From positions 1 through 20,420 of the forward strand of contig NIVC01005222.1 of assembly GCA_002269645.1 (NCBI GenBank): a stretch of DNA of 20,420 nt, read 5' to 3'. The translations under genes were made by a program, and so were the position numbers. This stretch comes from Macrostomum lignano. Taxonomy: Eukaryota. Below the pieces are notes generated by a model. That model worked only from the letters and a program-made list of their open reading frames with translations, had not been told where the DNA came from and ran no database searches. This document shows positions 1 to 9,551 of this stretch, one piece after another. Within the stretch, counting starts at the first letter, position 1, and the number at the start of each line of letters is the position of its first letter.

Positions 1-673
1 CTGGAAGGCATGAGCCCAGAAGTTATTGGTACCACTGACAGTGTGACCACCAGATACGCGATTCTAGACAATGAAGATGAGTGACAGGCTCTCGCGTGTT
101 TACGGCAGTGGGATCAAGTGTTCACCGGTGGCGAAATTGATCTCACGGTCGACCCTGTCTGACGGGCATTTTGCACTCGATGGCACCCCCGTTTAACAAC
201 AACAGCTCCCTCTGCCCTTTTCATCCGATTCGCTTCAGGCGATGCACTTTAAGGCTTGTTCACATCGCCATCAAATAGACGCGACGAACCCACGAACGAC
301 ACGATGGCTGACAGAAAACTTTTGCCCCCAGATGCCTTGGCTTCGGCGTCTCTTTTCTGGCCGGTTTGTTTACGATTGCTGGGGTCAGCTCGGTGCAAAA
401 TGCGAAGAAGACATGCCTGGTAGGTTAACAGCTAGGAGATGACCGAAGTCTAGATAGTAGAGAATTAGCAACGGAATAAGATAAATAATTAAAACTAAGG
501 GTAGAAGACGCTTCAGTTCAAATTCCAAAGTCTACGTAGCTGCATGTTGTTTGCATGCAACGTGCAGCCAATTATCAGATGAAAGTTTATGACGCGGGTA
601 AATAAATGCTTCAAATGTGCGACCCCGAACTGAAATGCATGTGGGCTCAATCCTGCACTGAAATCTGAACGCA

Positions 674-2210
674 ATGATTTTCTCTGCAAGCTTGACATTG
701 CTGGCCGCAGTCGCGACTGTTGCTGCCCAAGAGGACGCCGCGTCGCTGCGGAGGACGCACGGATGCACCGAGTTCCAGATGGTGAGCAGCGATGGCTGCG
801 TCCCCTGTCCCGGGCGGGGCTTCGCCAGGCTGCCGCTTAACAAAGACTGCTACGGTGAGCACATGACGAGCTCTTGCGCTGTCCTTAACCGTGCGTTTTG
901 ACATAATCCAGATGGTGTCCGATTTTTTCATACCAATTTCCTCAGCTGAAGCTGAAGTTTACTGTACTAGTGTAACACCATGAACTCTTCTCTTTTATAA
1001 GGCATTGATGATAGTAATGTTCACAGGAGTGCTGTGGGCTCCCTGCCGCAACACGCCTTCGACAACAGCCCACGTCCCACAACGATGCGGCAATTTTGTC
1101 CATTCCGCTGATTGCTGATCACCTATAAGAGGGGGTTGGCCCTAATGGGTGTGATTCGCCTGTCAATCCCCCAGCCAACTTTCATGCACAGGCCTCAAAT
1201 GAATGTTGGTCACGTCACCTATAAGAGGGGGTTGGCCCTAATGGGTGTGAGTCGCCTGTCAATCCCCAGCCAACTTTCATGCACAGGCCTCAAATGAATG
1301 TTGGTCACGTCACCTGTGAGAGGGGGTTGGCCCTAATGGGTGTGAGTCGCCTGTCAATCCCCAGCCAACTTTCATGCACAGGCCTCAAATGAATGTTGGT
1401 TACGTCACCTATGAGAGGGGGTTGGCCCTAATGGGTGTGAGTCGCCTGTCAATCCCCCAGCCAACTTTCATGCACAGGCCTCAAATGAATGTTGGTTACG
1501 TCACCTATGAGAGGGGGTTGGCCCTAATGGGTGTGAGTCGCCTGTCAATCCCCCAGCCAACTTTCATGCACAGGCCTCAAATGAATGTTGGTTACGCACG
1601 TAGTCAAACCAGGGGTCGTAGCACGAAATTCAGACCTGTTTTCTATTTCGACTTTCGATAGAAAACTCGTCTGACTGAACTCAACGCATCTTGCAGACGC
1701 TTTCGAGGTTCTGTCTGCCTTCACGGGCGATTCCTACATGAACTCAATGATTGACAGGGATAGCAACAGCTCTAGGAGCATCTTCAATCCCACCATCATG
1801 AAGGCCATTGACGGTATCCGTGAGGACAACTTCGGTCCAGACGAGAACTCAAATATGACCATCGGCAGCTCATTGCAATTCAACTTTGGCAGTTTGTCGA
1901 CAAAAAGGTTTGTGGAGAAGATCGTAGTCTGGAAGCGGAAAGGGAATGACTGCAGTTTCGACCCAATGACTACACATTCGACTCCGTGGTGCGCAGATTA
2001 GGCAACGTCATGTACATGGGCTTCTGCTTGCCAATTGACAAGGGCGAATACTTCGTTGTGAGCTGCTCCAGGATGCTCATGGTGAGTATCAGCGTTAGTC
2101 GGCGAGATTCGCGGCCAATGACCGCCTGCGATGTGCCGGCAGAGCTGGAGGTCTACGGCAGCCGGCCCACTCTGATCGCCAATCTGGAATACTTTGATAG
2201 GAATGGATAG
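674..2210 (+). CDS. Secreted protein with galactose-binding-like / F-type-lectin (FTP/discoidin)-like domain; 2 exons (674-854, 1697-2210), one apparent -1 frameshift at ~1956
   Basis: ATG 674 gives a signal-peptide-like N-terminus (MIFSASLTLLAAVATVAAQ). Donor tacG|gtgagc at 854/855 and acceptor ttgcag|ac at 1696/1697 are both phase 1 and join in frame to the 1738 ORF (DCY-D-AFEVLSAFTGDSYMNSM). Adding one T in the ttt at 1956-58 joins the 1986 ORF (VWKRKGNDCSFRPNDYTFDSVVRR...). Motifs KAIDG, VEKIVVWKR, GEYFVV and ELEVYG parallel the F-type lectin/discoidin fold consensus (AIDG, VxIxNR, GRYV, EVEVY). About 231 aa. Confidence 0.7.
1120..1597. repeat. Intronic tandem array, 96-bp unit (two 95-bp variants), 5 copies
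   Basis: Unit cacctat(a/g)agagggggttggccctaatgggtgtgagtcgcctgtcaatcccccagccaactttcatgcacaggcctcaaatgaatgttggt(c/t)acgt starts at 1120, 1216, 1311, 1406 and 1502. It lies inside intron 855-1696. Confidence 0.97.
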
Positions 2211-2374
2211 AAAACTCATTGGAGGACTCTTTTTATAGCCCACAGACATTGTGCAACACTAACATTTTTTATTCTGATGGTCAGCAAGCCAAATTTAAGT
2301 CTTTGTTTTCCAGTTATCTTCTGCTTACATGTCAGAGAATTTCAAACACTGGCTTGTAAAGGCCATATCAAAAC

Positions 2375-2480
2375 AAGTGCATGGATAGCGCGATGCTCTG
2401 GAGTGCCAGCGGCCCAGGCTCGATTCCAAGCGCAAGTCAGGTCAGGAGCTAAACTAAACATGGTCTGTCGGTATCAATTT
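2375..2480 (+). mobile_element. Possible decayed tRNA-derived SINE-like segment
   Basis: A-box-like aagtgcatggatagcgcg (~2375-2392) and B-box-like ggctcgattcc (2417-2427). The 16-mer caggctcgattccaag recurs exactly at 10521-10536. No good cloverleaf can be folded. Confidence 0.25.
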
Positions 2481-3130
2481 AGGTAGGTAGGTGGGTATGT
2501 GATCGATTTTAGCAAAAACGGCTCAATCGATTTTCTTCGAACTTGCACTGATCGTTTAGAAATTTTTCCGTGATGGTATGATTGCTTACATGACGCTTCT
2601 ATGATTCTTTCATGACGCTTCTATGATTTTATCATGACGCTGCATTTCAAGTCGAAAGAGCTGCTTGACCTTTGCAAAAAATATGTTTTTCGAATATTTA
2701 ATCCCTTTAGCATCGAGCAATTTCTTAGCCACGATGCAAGTAGAAGCGTCATGAAAGAATCATAGAAGCGTCATGTAATAAGTCATAGAAGCGTCATGTA
2801 AAAATCATAGAAACGCCATGTAAAAAATCATAGAAGCGTCATGAAGGAATCATAGAAGCGTCATGTAATAAGTCATAGAAGCGTCATGTAAAAATCATAG
2901 AAACGCCATGTAAAAAATCATAGAAGCGTCATGAAGGAATCATAGAAGCGTCATGAAGGAATCATAGAAGCGTCATGTAAAGTCATAGAAGTGTCATGTA
3001 AAGTCATAAAAGCGTCATGTTAAATCATAGAAGCGTCATGTAAAAAGTCATAGAAGCGTCATGTAAAATCATAGAAGCGTCATGTAAAATCATAGAAGCG
3101 TCATGTAAAAAATCATAGAAGCATCATCTA
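2481..3130. mobile_element. Candidate non-autonomous element (Helentron/DINE-like or foldback) carrying the 20-bp arrays
   Basis: Starts with a (ggta)n microsatellite followed by aaaaacggctcaatcgattttcttcgaactt, a layout I recall from DINE/HINE-type elements. Contains inverted 20-bp arrays. No coding capacity seen, and the family call is inference. Confidence 0.3.
2586..3127. repeat. ~19-22-bp minisatellite (aatcatagaagcgtcatgtaa) as an inverted pair: ~3 copies on minus (2586-2640), ~19 copies on plus (2741-3127)
   Basis: 2586-2623 is the exact reverse complement of 2741-2778 (38 bp), with a 117-bp spacer between them. Confidence 0.95.
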
Positions 3131-3131
3131 A

Positions 3132-3715
3132 GGCCGCTGTACACAGTCTGTGACTGCGCACGCATCCGTGTGCTTGTGTGCCTACTCAGGGGAGTTGGCA
3201 GAATGGGTTATGTGACAATCCCGCTTAAAGTGCACCAGGGTGTGAAAAATGGTGAAGAAAAATTTCCCAGATCGACTTCGATCGTTTTTTATTTACTTCT
3301 TAATAACATCAGTAGTTACATCAGTAGTTACATCAGTAGTATATACGTGTTTTCTTTCTTTAGATACTTGACTCTTCGTAAAATTGAGCACGTCTTGAAC
3401 ACGATTCTCTATTTAGCTGAAACACACCAGGCTAGGCTTAGCCTCTTTTCCTTATCTCTGAATCTCTGAGGGAGGGAACTGTCCTCCTGATCCTCGCAAA
3501 TTTGACGTCATTTATACCAATTTTTGGTTCGTTTAAAACAACAAATACTTGTTAATTTATCGTTTTATACTGAATATGGTGCTCACTAAAACAAAAACTT
3601 ATCATTAGTAGTGTGAGATTAAATTAAATTGTGAAAAATAGAAAGATTTGTTGATTTCGAGAAGAACAAGTTGACCTTCCACAAAGACTACTCAATTAGA
3701 AGGATGGGAGCTAAA
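3132..3715 (+). repeat. Dispersed repeat, copy A (diverged homologue of 10647-11225)
   Basis: Collinear shared blocks: ggcc(g/c)ctgtacac; 29/31 identity 3177-3207 vs 10681-10711; exact tgaaacacaccaggctag 3418-3435 vs 10904-10921; atctctgaatct; gagaagaac; ctactcaatt. Contains a local 12-bp x3 expansion (acatcagtagtt, ~3306-3340). Confidence 0.85.
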
Positions 3716-3984
3716 TTTCTAGGAATTTTTTGAAGGCAGGTTTCCCGAAAAAAATGCTTTACGGAGAGGGGAGATTAAATTTTTTTAGCCAAAAAATGTT
3801 ATTTCTTTTGATAGGGGGCAGACCCAATGTTCATCTTTTGATATGTGTATCTCATGGCTCTATTGATATTTATAAAAGTTTTTTGTTTATAAAATTAGGA
3901 TTCGATGTTAGTTCTACATCCAACGTCCAACACTAAAAACAAAATGTGTAAAAAATACGCAGCCCTGAAGGCAAGTCACAGTTA

Positions 3985-4640
3985 GAGCAGGGTGTCTCAG
4001 CGTCGCATAGCAGGCAGTCCACTTATCGACGGATTCGGGACTGACCCCGCCTGAACTGAGCCTGCAAGGTGAGCAGCAGGACGTCCTGAACAGGTTGGCG
4101 GCAGTAGCCCTCGCCACGTGACTCGCCAGTTGAAGTCGCCGCCGGCGCAGGATGGTGGACGGGCGCTGCAGCTTGACCCGATCGTACAGGGCCTCGGTCC
4201 CGACGCTCTCGTCAGCTCGAAAGGCTCCAACCGCCGCTCGCTCCAGCGTACCCGTCAGCGTCCATGTGTCGACTACCGCCTGCCACAGCCGAGCCCTCTG
4301 GCGGTCGGGCAGCGCTTCGGACGGAGGCAAGTCCTCTGCACCGCCGGAGGTTCTTCACGTGAAGCACCAGACCGCCGAAGTAGGTGAGCCGCTGGCAGCA
4401 TGCGAGCCTGATCATCTGCTGATCAGATGAGCCTGATCACCTGATCAGCGTGCGAGCTGCGGCACGTCAGGTCCTCTGGGATGTCGGCCGGCACAGTCAG
4501 CACCTCGGTCTTCAGCATGTTGACAATCAGACCGACGCTCGATGCCACCTCGACCAGCCTGTCGATCTGGCGCTGGGCGCCTTCAACCGACGATGACATG
4601 AGGCGAGGTCGTCGGCGTAGCCAAGCACGCTCAGGCGCTT
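3985..4640 (-). mobile_element. 5'-truncated, decayed non-LTR retrotransposon (RTE-like LINE) reverse transcriptase C-terminal fragment
   Basis: The minus strand reads KRLSVLGYADDLA (YADD at 4619-4608), then with frameshifts SSSVEGAQRQIDRLVEVASSVGLIVNMLKTEVL, RLACCQRLTYFGG, SEALPDRQRARLWQAVV, LYDRVKLQRPSTILRRRRLQLASHV and QPVQDVLLLTLQAQFRRGQSRIRR*VDCLL. Multiple frameshifts, internal deletions and a nonsense codon are present. Confidence 0.92.
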
Positions 4641-4707
4641 TTCGCCAGCTGGAACTTTGAACTTTGGCTCAGAAGTTCAAAGGCTCAGAACTTTGCCAGC
4701 TGGAAAG

Positions 4708-4911
4708 TTGCCAGCCGAGAAAACTTGCAGCAAGGAAGCAGCTAAGAAAGTTCAGTAGCTGTCTAACGTTACAATTATAAATCAACAATAAAAGCTAAAC
4801 TATATCGGATAAATTTATTTATTGCACTTATTATTGCAGTACTAGGCTGCATAACAGACCTGTATTTTAAAAACGCTTTAGCAACTTGCTGCAAATTTTC
4901 TCGGCTGGCAA
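4708..4911. mobile_element. MITE-like element: 27-bp inverted repeats around a ~150-bp AT-rich spacer
   Basis: ttgccagccgagaaaacttgcagcaag (4708-4734) matches the reverse complement of 4885-4911 at 26/27. No clear TSD identified. Confidence 0.6.
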
Positions 4912-5154
4912 AGTTTTTACACCCGTTCATAACTGCTTCTTGTGACTGACTTACTGTAACCGACTTGATGTGTGAGTATTCAATTATAAGTGCTTCAATT
5001 CAGATCATCAGTTCGAAGAGAGCTGGACTAGATCTGAACACACTGAACTGCTAATGTAGCGACCTGGTTTCAAATTTTTAAAGTGTATACATTTTTATCA
5101 AAATTATTTTCAATGTCAAGAGCTGTAAACTCCACGAAAAACTAAAGAATAAGG

Positions 5155-5370
5155 AAGCGTCATGTCAAACATAAAAAGCGTCATGTCAAACATAAAAAGC
5201 GTCATGTCAAACATAAAAAGCGTCATGTCAAACATAAAGGAAGAGTCATGTCAAACATAAAAAGCGTCATGTCAAACATAAAGGAAGAGTCATGTCAAAC
5301 ATAAAAAGCGTCATGTCAAACATAAAAGAAGAGTCATGTCAAACATAAAAGAGGCATCATGTAAAACATG
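5155..5370. repeat. 21-bp tandem array (aagcgtcatgtcaaacataaa), ~10 copies
   Basis: gcgtcatg recurs every 21 bp from 5157, with gagtcatg variants. Confidence 0.95.
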
Positions 5371-5644
5371 AAAAAAACCTCGACGCAGCTGGCGTGTCAA
5401 GGTATCGACTTTGTCAGACATCAATGGCAAACAGGTTCTGTGCGTTTTATTTTTACTGACGCTCGGACATTGCAAATTTTGCTTTTCTCTCCGTCTCAGG
5501 TGCTTTCTACTAGCGAAATTTAACATACACATTTGCCATCGATGTCGGCTTGTTGTCCGGAATGTACTGTGCATCTGTAGTTACTCTGTCATTTATCCAG
5601 AGACTGTAGAAGGGCGCAGTGTGGTCCATCAGCTCAGGTACAGA

Positions 5645-6459
5645 TGCATGTTAATGTTAAGCCTTAAAACTGGCTGTGTCTACAGTGTCCAATGAGACAA
5701 ATGGCATGTTAATGTTAAGCCTTAAAACTGGCTATGTCTACAGTGTCCAATGAGACAAATGGCATGTTAATATTAAGCCTTAAAACTGGCTATGTCTACA
5801 GTGTCCAATGAGACAAATGGCATGTTAATGTTAAGCCTTAAAACTGGCTATGTCTACAGTGTCCAATGAGACAAATGGCATGTTAATATTAAGCCTTAAA
5901 ACTGGCTATGTCTACAGTGTCCAATGAGACAAATGGCATGTTAATGTTAAGCCTTAAAACTGGCTATGTCTACAGTGTCCAATGAGACAAATGGCATGTT
6001 AATATTAAGCCTTAAAACTGGCTATGTCTACAGTGTCCAATGAGACAAATGGCATGTTAATGTTAAGCCTTAAAACTGGCTATGTCTACAGTGTCCAATG
6101 AGACAAATGGCATGTTAATGTTAAGCCTTAAAACTGGCTATGTCTACAGTGTCCAATGAGACAAATGCTGGCTAATGTTAAGCCTTAAAACTGGCTATGT
6201 CTACAGTGTCCAATGAGACAAATGCTGGCTAATGTTAAGCCTTAAAACTGGCTATGTCTACAGTGTCCAATGAGACAAATGCTGGCTAATGTTAAGCCTT
6301 AAAACTGGCTATGTCTACAGTGTCCAATGAGACAAATGGCATGTTAATATTAAGCCTTAAAACTGGCTATGTCTACAGTGTCCAATGAGACAAATGCTGG
6401 CTAATGTTGAGCCTTAAAACTGGCTATGTCTACAGTGTCCAATGAGACAAATGCTGGCT
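5645..6459. repeat. 58-bp tandem array, ~14 copies
   Basis: Unit ggcatgttaat(g/a)ttaagccttaaaactggctatgtctacagtgtccaatgagacaaat starts at 5703, 5761, 5819 and so on. Confidence 0.98.
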
Positions 6460-6503
6460 AAAAGAGCTGGCGTGTAATTGGTGATTGCAGCGCTTCAAAA
6501 AGA

Positions 6504-6506
<3 letters not shown>

Positions 6507-6535
<29 letters not shown>
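6507..6535. repeat. (TA)14 microsatellite
   Basis: Pure TA run about 60 bp upstream of ATG 6597. Confidence 0.99.
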
Positions 6536-6537
<2 letters not shown>

Positions 6538-6596
6538 GCATAACGCAGTGGAGCGCCAATCCAGCAAGTTCTGATAAAACAGCAGCATATTTTGCA

Positions 6597-7903
6597 ATGT
6601 TAGTTGGTGTAATATCGCTATTGTTTTTGTGCTACCCAGCTGTAGCATGCGAGCAATGCTCTGCCGTGTATGAGCTTCTGACCAACACCTGTCCGAGTGC
6701 TCTGTCTGGCCTGGAGCCCGCGACCGCTGCGGTCGAGTCCGAGTGCGTGCTGCACTGCACTCTGAATAGTTGGTGCCGACTGTCTGTGTACCTGACAGAC
6801 AGTGGTGCCTGCTACAGCCTGCCTAACGTGACTTTAGTGACTGGCAGCTGCGGCCTGGTGCGAAGGAAACTGGCCATCTTTTCCGGTGAGCTTTTAGCAT
6901 GGCAGTTGATGCAGACATATTTGTCTCGCACAATATGTGTGAGAATAATGTGTGAACTATCATCATTTCAGACGCATCAACGTCTGCAACTGCCTCAACG
7001 ATCGGATCAACTGGTTCCACGACCAGCTCGACCAGCGCAACTGGGACTCAATCTCCAGTCACTGTAGCATCGACCACAATGATGCAGAGTGTCACCACGG
7101 CTGCCATTTCGTCCGGATTGTCGAACCTGAGCTTCGCCTCAAGCGTACTGCTTTGGTACAACTTTCGAAAGGGTTTTATGAACCTGGCGAACCCGGGCCA
7201 TTTCGATGCCTCACCTTTTGGTGTTGCAGATCAGGATGCACTCAAAGGAGTTCGCCTCAACGGGTCCTCCGGTTCCTATCTCGAGATTCATTCGACCAAC
7301 TTTTTCAAAAATTTTAAATCAGGGAAAAGCTTCAGCTTCTTTTTTCAAGGGACTTTTGCTAACAACGCCTCGTGAGTTTTCTGCGAATTCAATACTAATA
7401 TAATGTATTCGAAATTTTAACGCGTTATTACTCATTATTAACCACACAGCGGTTGCATACATTGCAGGCTTCGATGCATCAGTTCGTTTAGCAGCTGCTC
7501 GTACAACACCACCGTCAGCCACTTCAGCACTGACATCGCTGCCAGGATTTACTCCAAGACCTACTTTTCAGACGGCTCCGAAGAATTCGCGTCTGTGGGC
7601 GCAGAAGCAGCTCTTCCGAACAACGGTTCTGAGCAAGTCCACTCTATTGGACTGGCCTTTATTGGAGAGGATAATGAGTACCTGGACGAGTGGTACATGA
7701 ACGGAAGTTTCTACGACACGGAATCACCGAACAAAGACGGCGACAGTCCAGCCGCCAACTCGACCTTCGACTGCCTGCGCATCGGCAACTGCTTCAGCGC
7801 CGGCCCTCGGCCCTACAACGGCTGGCTGCAGTGCTGGGGCTTCGTCAACGGCACCCTCGGCCTGTCCGAGTTTAACGGCCTTCGCCACTTGTGCAACTCT
7901 TAG
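6597..7903 (+). CDS. Secreted PAN/apple-like + Ser/Thr-rich linker + LamG/ConA-like (pentraxin-like) domain protein, 374 aa; exons 6597-6885, 6972-7371, 7468-7903
   Basis: Signal peptide MLVGVISLLFLCYPAVA. PAN-type Cys pattern CVLHCTLNSWCRLSVYLTDSGAC. Introns G|gtgagc..tttcag|AC (phase 1, 86 bp) and TC|gtgagt..ttgcag|G (phase 2, 96 bp) give an uninterrupted 1125-nt CDS. Linker DASTSATASTIGSTGSTTSSTS. LamG-like motifs WYNF, GVRLNGSSGSYLEI, SFSFFF, WYMNG, LRIG and YNGWLQCWGFVNGTLGLSEF. Confidence 0.85.
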
Positions 7904-7932
7904 ACTGCGCGCTCTGAATCCACGGCGCAGCC

Positions 7933-8006
7933 AGAATGGCCAGAACTTTGTAAGAATGGTCAGAACTTTGTAAGAATGGCCAGAACTTTGTAAGAATGGC
8001 CAGAAC
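7933..8006. repeat. 20-bp tandem repeat (agaatggccagaactttgta), ~3.7 copies
   Basis: Directly visible 30 bp after the stop at 7903. Confidence 0.95.
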
Positions 8007-9319
8007 CTCTATCGCTAAAATAGCATAGAATTGTCAACAGGCGTCCAAAGCGTCTTGAAAATGTAAATCAGTGAGTGAATCCAGTTGTTAGGCAAATAGC
8101 AAAGAATTGTAACAGCTTGGTAGATGCTAGGAAAAAAATCTGATAGAAGTGCAGAGAAAACGTGATGTAGAAATGATGCGGTACTGCTGACAGTTGCTAA
8201 GTTTGAGAAGCAGTCTAAGAAGTCCTCCCTTAACTCTTATACAACTGCCTAGCTGTCTATCCTTGCAGTCTTACTTTCTTTTCTATTTCTTGATTTTCTT
8301 TTCATCTATCTGCAGTTTTCATTGTTTGCTGAGATAATTGAAGAAACTTTGAAGAAAACATTTGCTGCTCCCAAAATCGATTTCTAAGACTGAGCAAAGT
8401 GAAACAAAGGCCTGCAACAGTTATTGCGGCAAACGAAGGCTCCGTTCTGCTTGTCTGCTTCCCTACAATAGAGCGACTTTTCTCTAGTTGGGAACAATTT
8501 TCATCATCAAGGATGCTGAGCTTCCGATCACGGGGCTATAAATTTCAATCGATCGGTTCTGAAAAAGCTTTCCCAAGTCAAAGTATCCGGAGGCCGTTAA
8601 ACACACGAGAGACTCCAGGCGGGTCTGTGGCTGTTGAATCCGACATGCACAAAACTGAAGCAGTGGAGGGAGCTGTTGCAGTAGATCAAAAAGCTTCTTT
8701 TCAAAGCCAGCTGTTTTAGTAGTTTTTTTGTTCTGGTCACACTGATTGATTTATTTACCAGATTACCCAATCCAGAATTTTTATAATTAACGCCAGTCTA
8801 TATTTTTAGCGCCTCGCATTCTGCCGTTTTGTTATTTTTTCTTATTCTGCAATCGTGTTGAGTTTCCAACTGTTTTTACGCACAGCGCGATCTAAAAGTC
8901 ACGCATGCCAGGTTTTTAATTCTGAGTTTGGACAAAAAATGGTGTTGACAAAAACGGATCCCTGACTTGACCTGATCCTGATTGACAGCCTTTTAAGCAC
9001 GCACAGATGTTGTTGGTATTTTTTGCCAAGCTGGTACGTGTTCCTCTTTACAAACCATTCATTCTATTTGCTATGCTTTAAATCTGCTCACTTTTCTCGA
9101 TTTCCTTAGATAGATATAAACATGCGTAATTATGCATATTTGCCTTCTTATCGTCAGCGAACTATCCTGTTAAGTCTTAATATAATATGCCTATTTTTGT
9201 AGCCCAGTCCCTTCTGTCGGCTCTTGAATTTAAAGTAGTGAAAACCAGACACTCATATTCTAAAAAAACTCTACCTTAAATTAATTTATACGTGACTGAA
9301 TCAATTGCGACTAGCGAGC

Positions 9320-9475
9320 CCTGGCTGTGAAACAAACATGACGTGATGCAAATCGGACTGCTTCTCAGCAGCAGAATCATGGAGTAAAAATTTCACTTCA
9401 CAATTTTCCTGCTGATGAGGAACTATTGGCTACAGAATCCATCCCGTAGATCTTCGGGCACAGGAAAAAACTGAC
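9320..9475 (+). pseudogene. Possible decayed THAP zinc-finger fragment (P-superfamily-type transposon relic?)
   Basis: Across three frames: PGCETN (9320-), ANRTASQQQNHGVKISLHNFPADEEL (9348-9425) and YWLQNPSRR (9424-). This resembles THAP C-x-x-x-GC-x-N...S-[FL]-H-x-F-P-x-D...W...R. Stops and frameshifts are present, and the C-terminal CSxHF motif is not recoverable. Confidence 0.3.
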
Positions 9476-9551
9476 TGGTATGGTACGGCAGTTTTATATG
9501 AGAGTTTCTGTTCCAGATGCTAAGGTCTACATTTCTAGGGGCGCGGCCTGC

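Noticed and set aside
1-160. Short open frame ending at TGA 82-84 followed by an imperfect hairpin (tgggatcaa...ttgatctca)
   Set aside because: Too short to assign. The hairpin does not fit SECIS, HDV-like or hammerhead consensus.
1112-1661. ORFs 1112-1297 and 1374-1661
   Set aside because: They are translations of the 96-bp intronic array inside the spliced 855-1696 intron.
1924-1955. 29-32-nt mini-intron as an alternative fix for the gene 1 frameshift
   Set aside because: It restores frame but has poor donors (gtagtc/gtctgg) and would delete the fold-like VWKR...DC segment. A homopolymer deletion is more parsimonious, though the intron is not formally excluded.
2375-2440. Intact tRNA gene
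   Set aside because: The A/B-box-like motifs are present, but no acceptor or anticodon stem can be folded. Kept only as a low-confidence SINE-like segment.
3170-3469. ORFs 3170-3469 and 10746-10946 sharing LETHQARL
   Set aside because: The similarity comes from the DNA-level dispersed repeat. They have non-ATG starts, low complexity and no frame conservation elsewhere.
4118-4430. Plus-strand ORFs over the LINE
   Set aside because: Antisense shadows of the GC-rich RT coding strand.
5311-5695. ORFs 5411-5695 (+) and 5311-5574 (-)
   Set aside because: No recognisable motifs or splice partners, and they partly overlap tandem arrays.
8399-8719. 106-aa ORF and its minus-strand frames
   Set aside because: GTG start, no domain recognised in either orientation, and no supporting splice structure.
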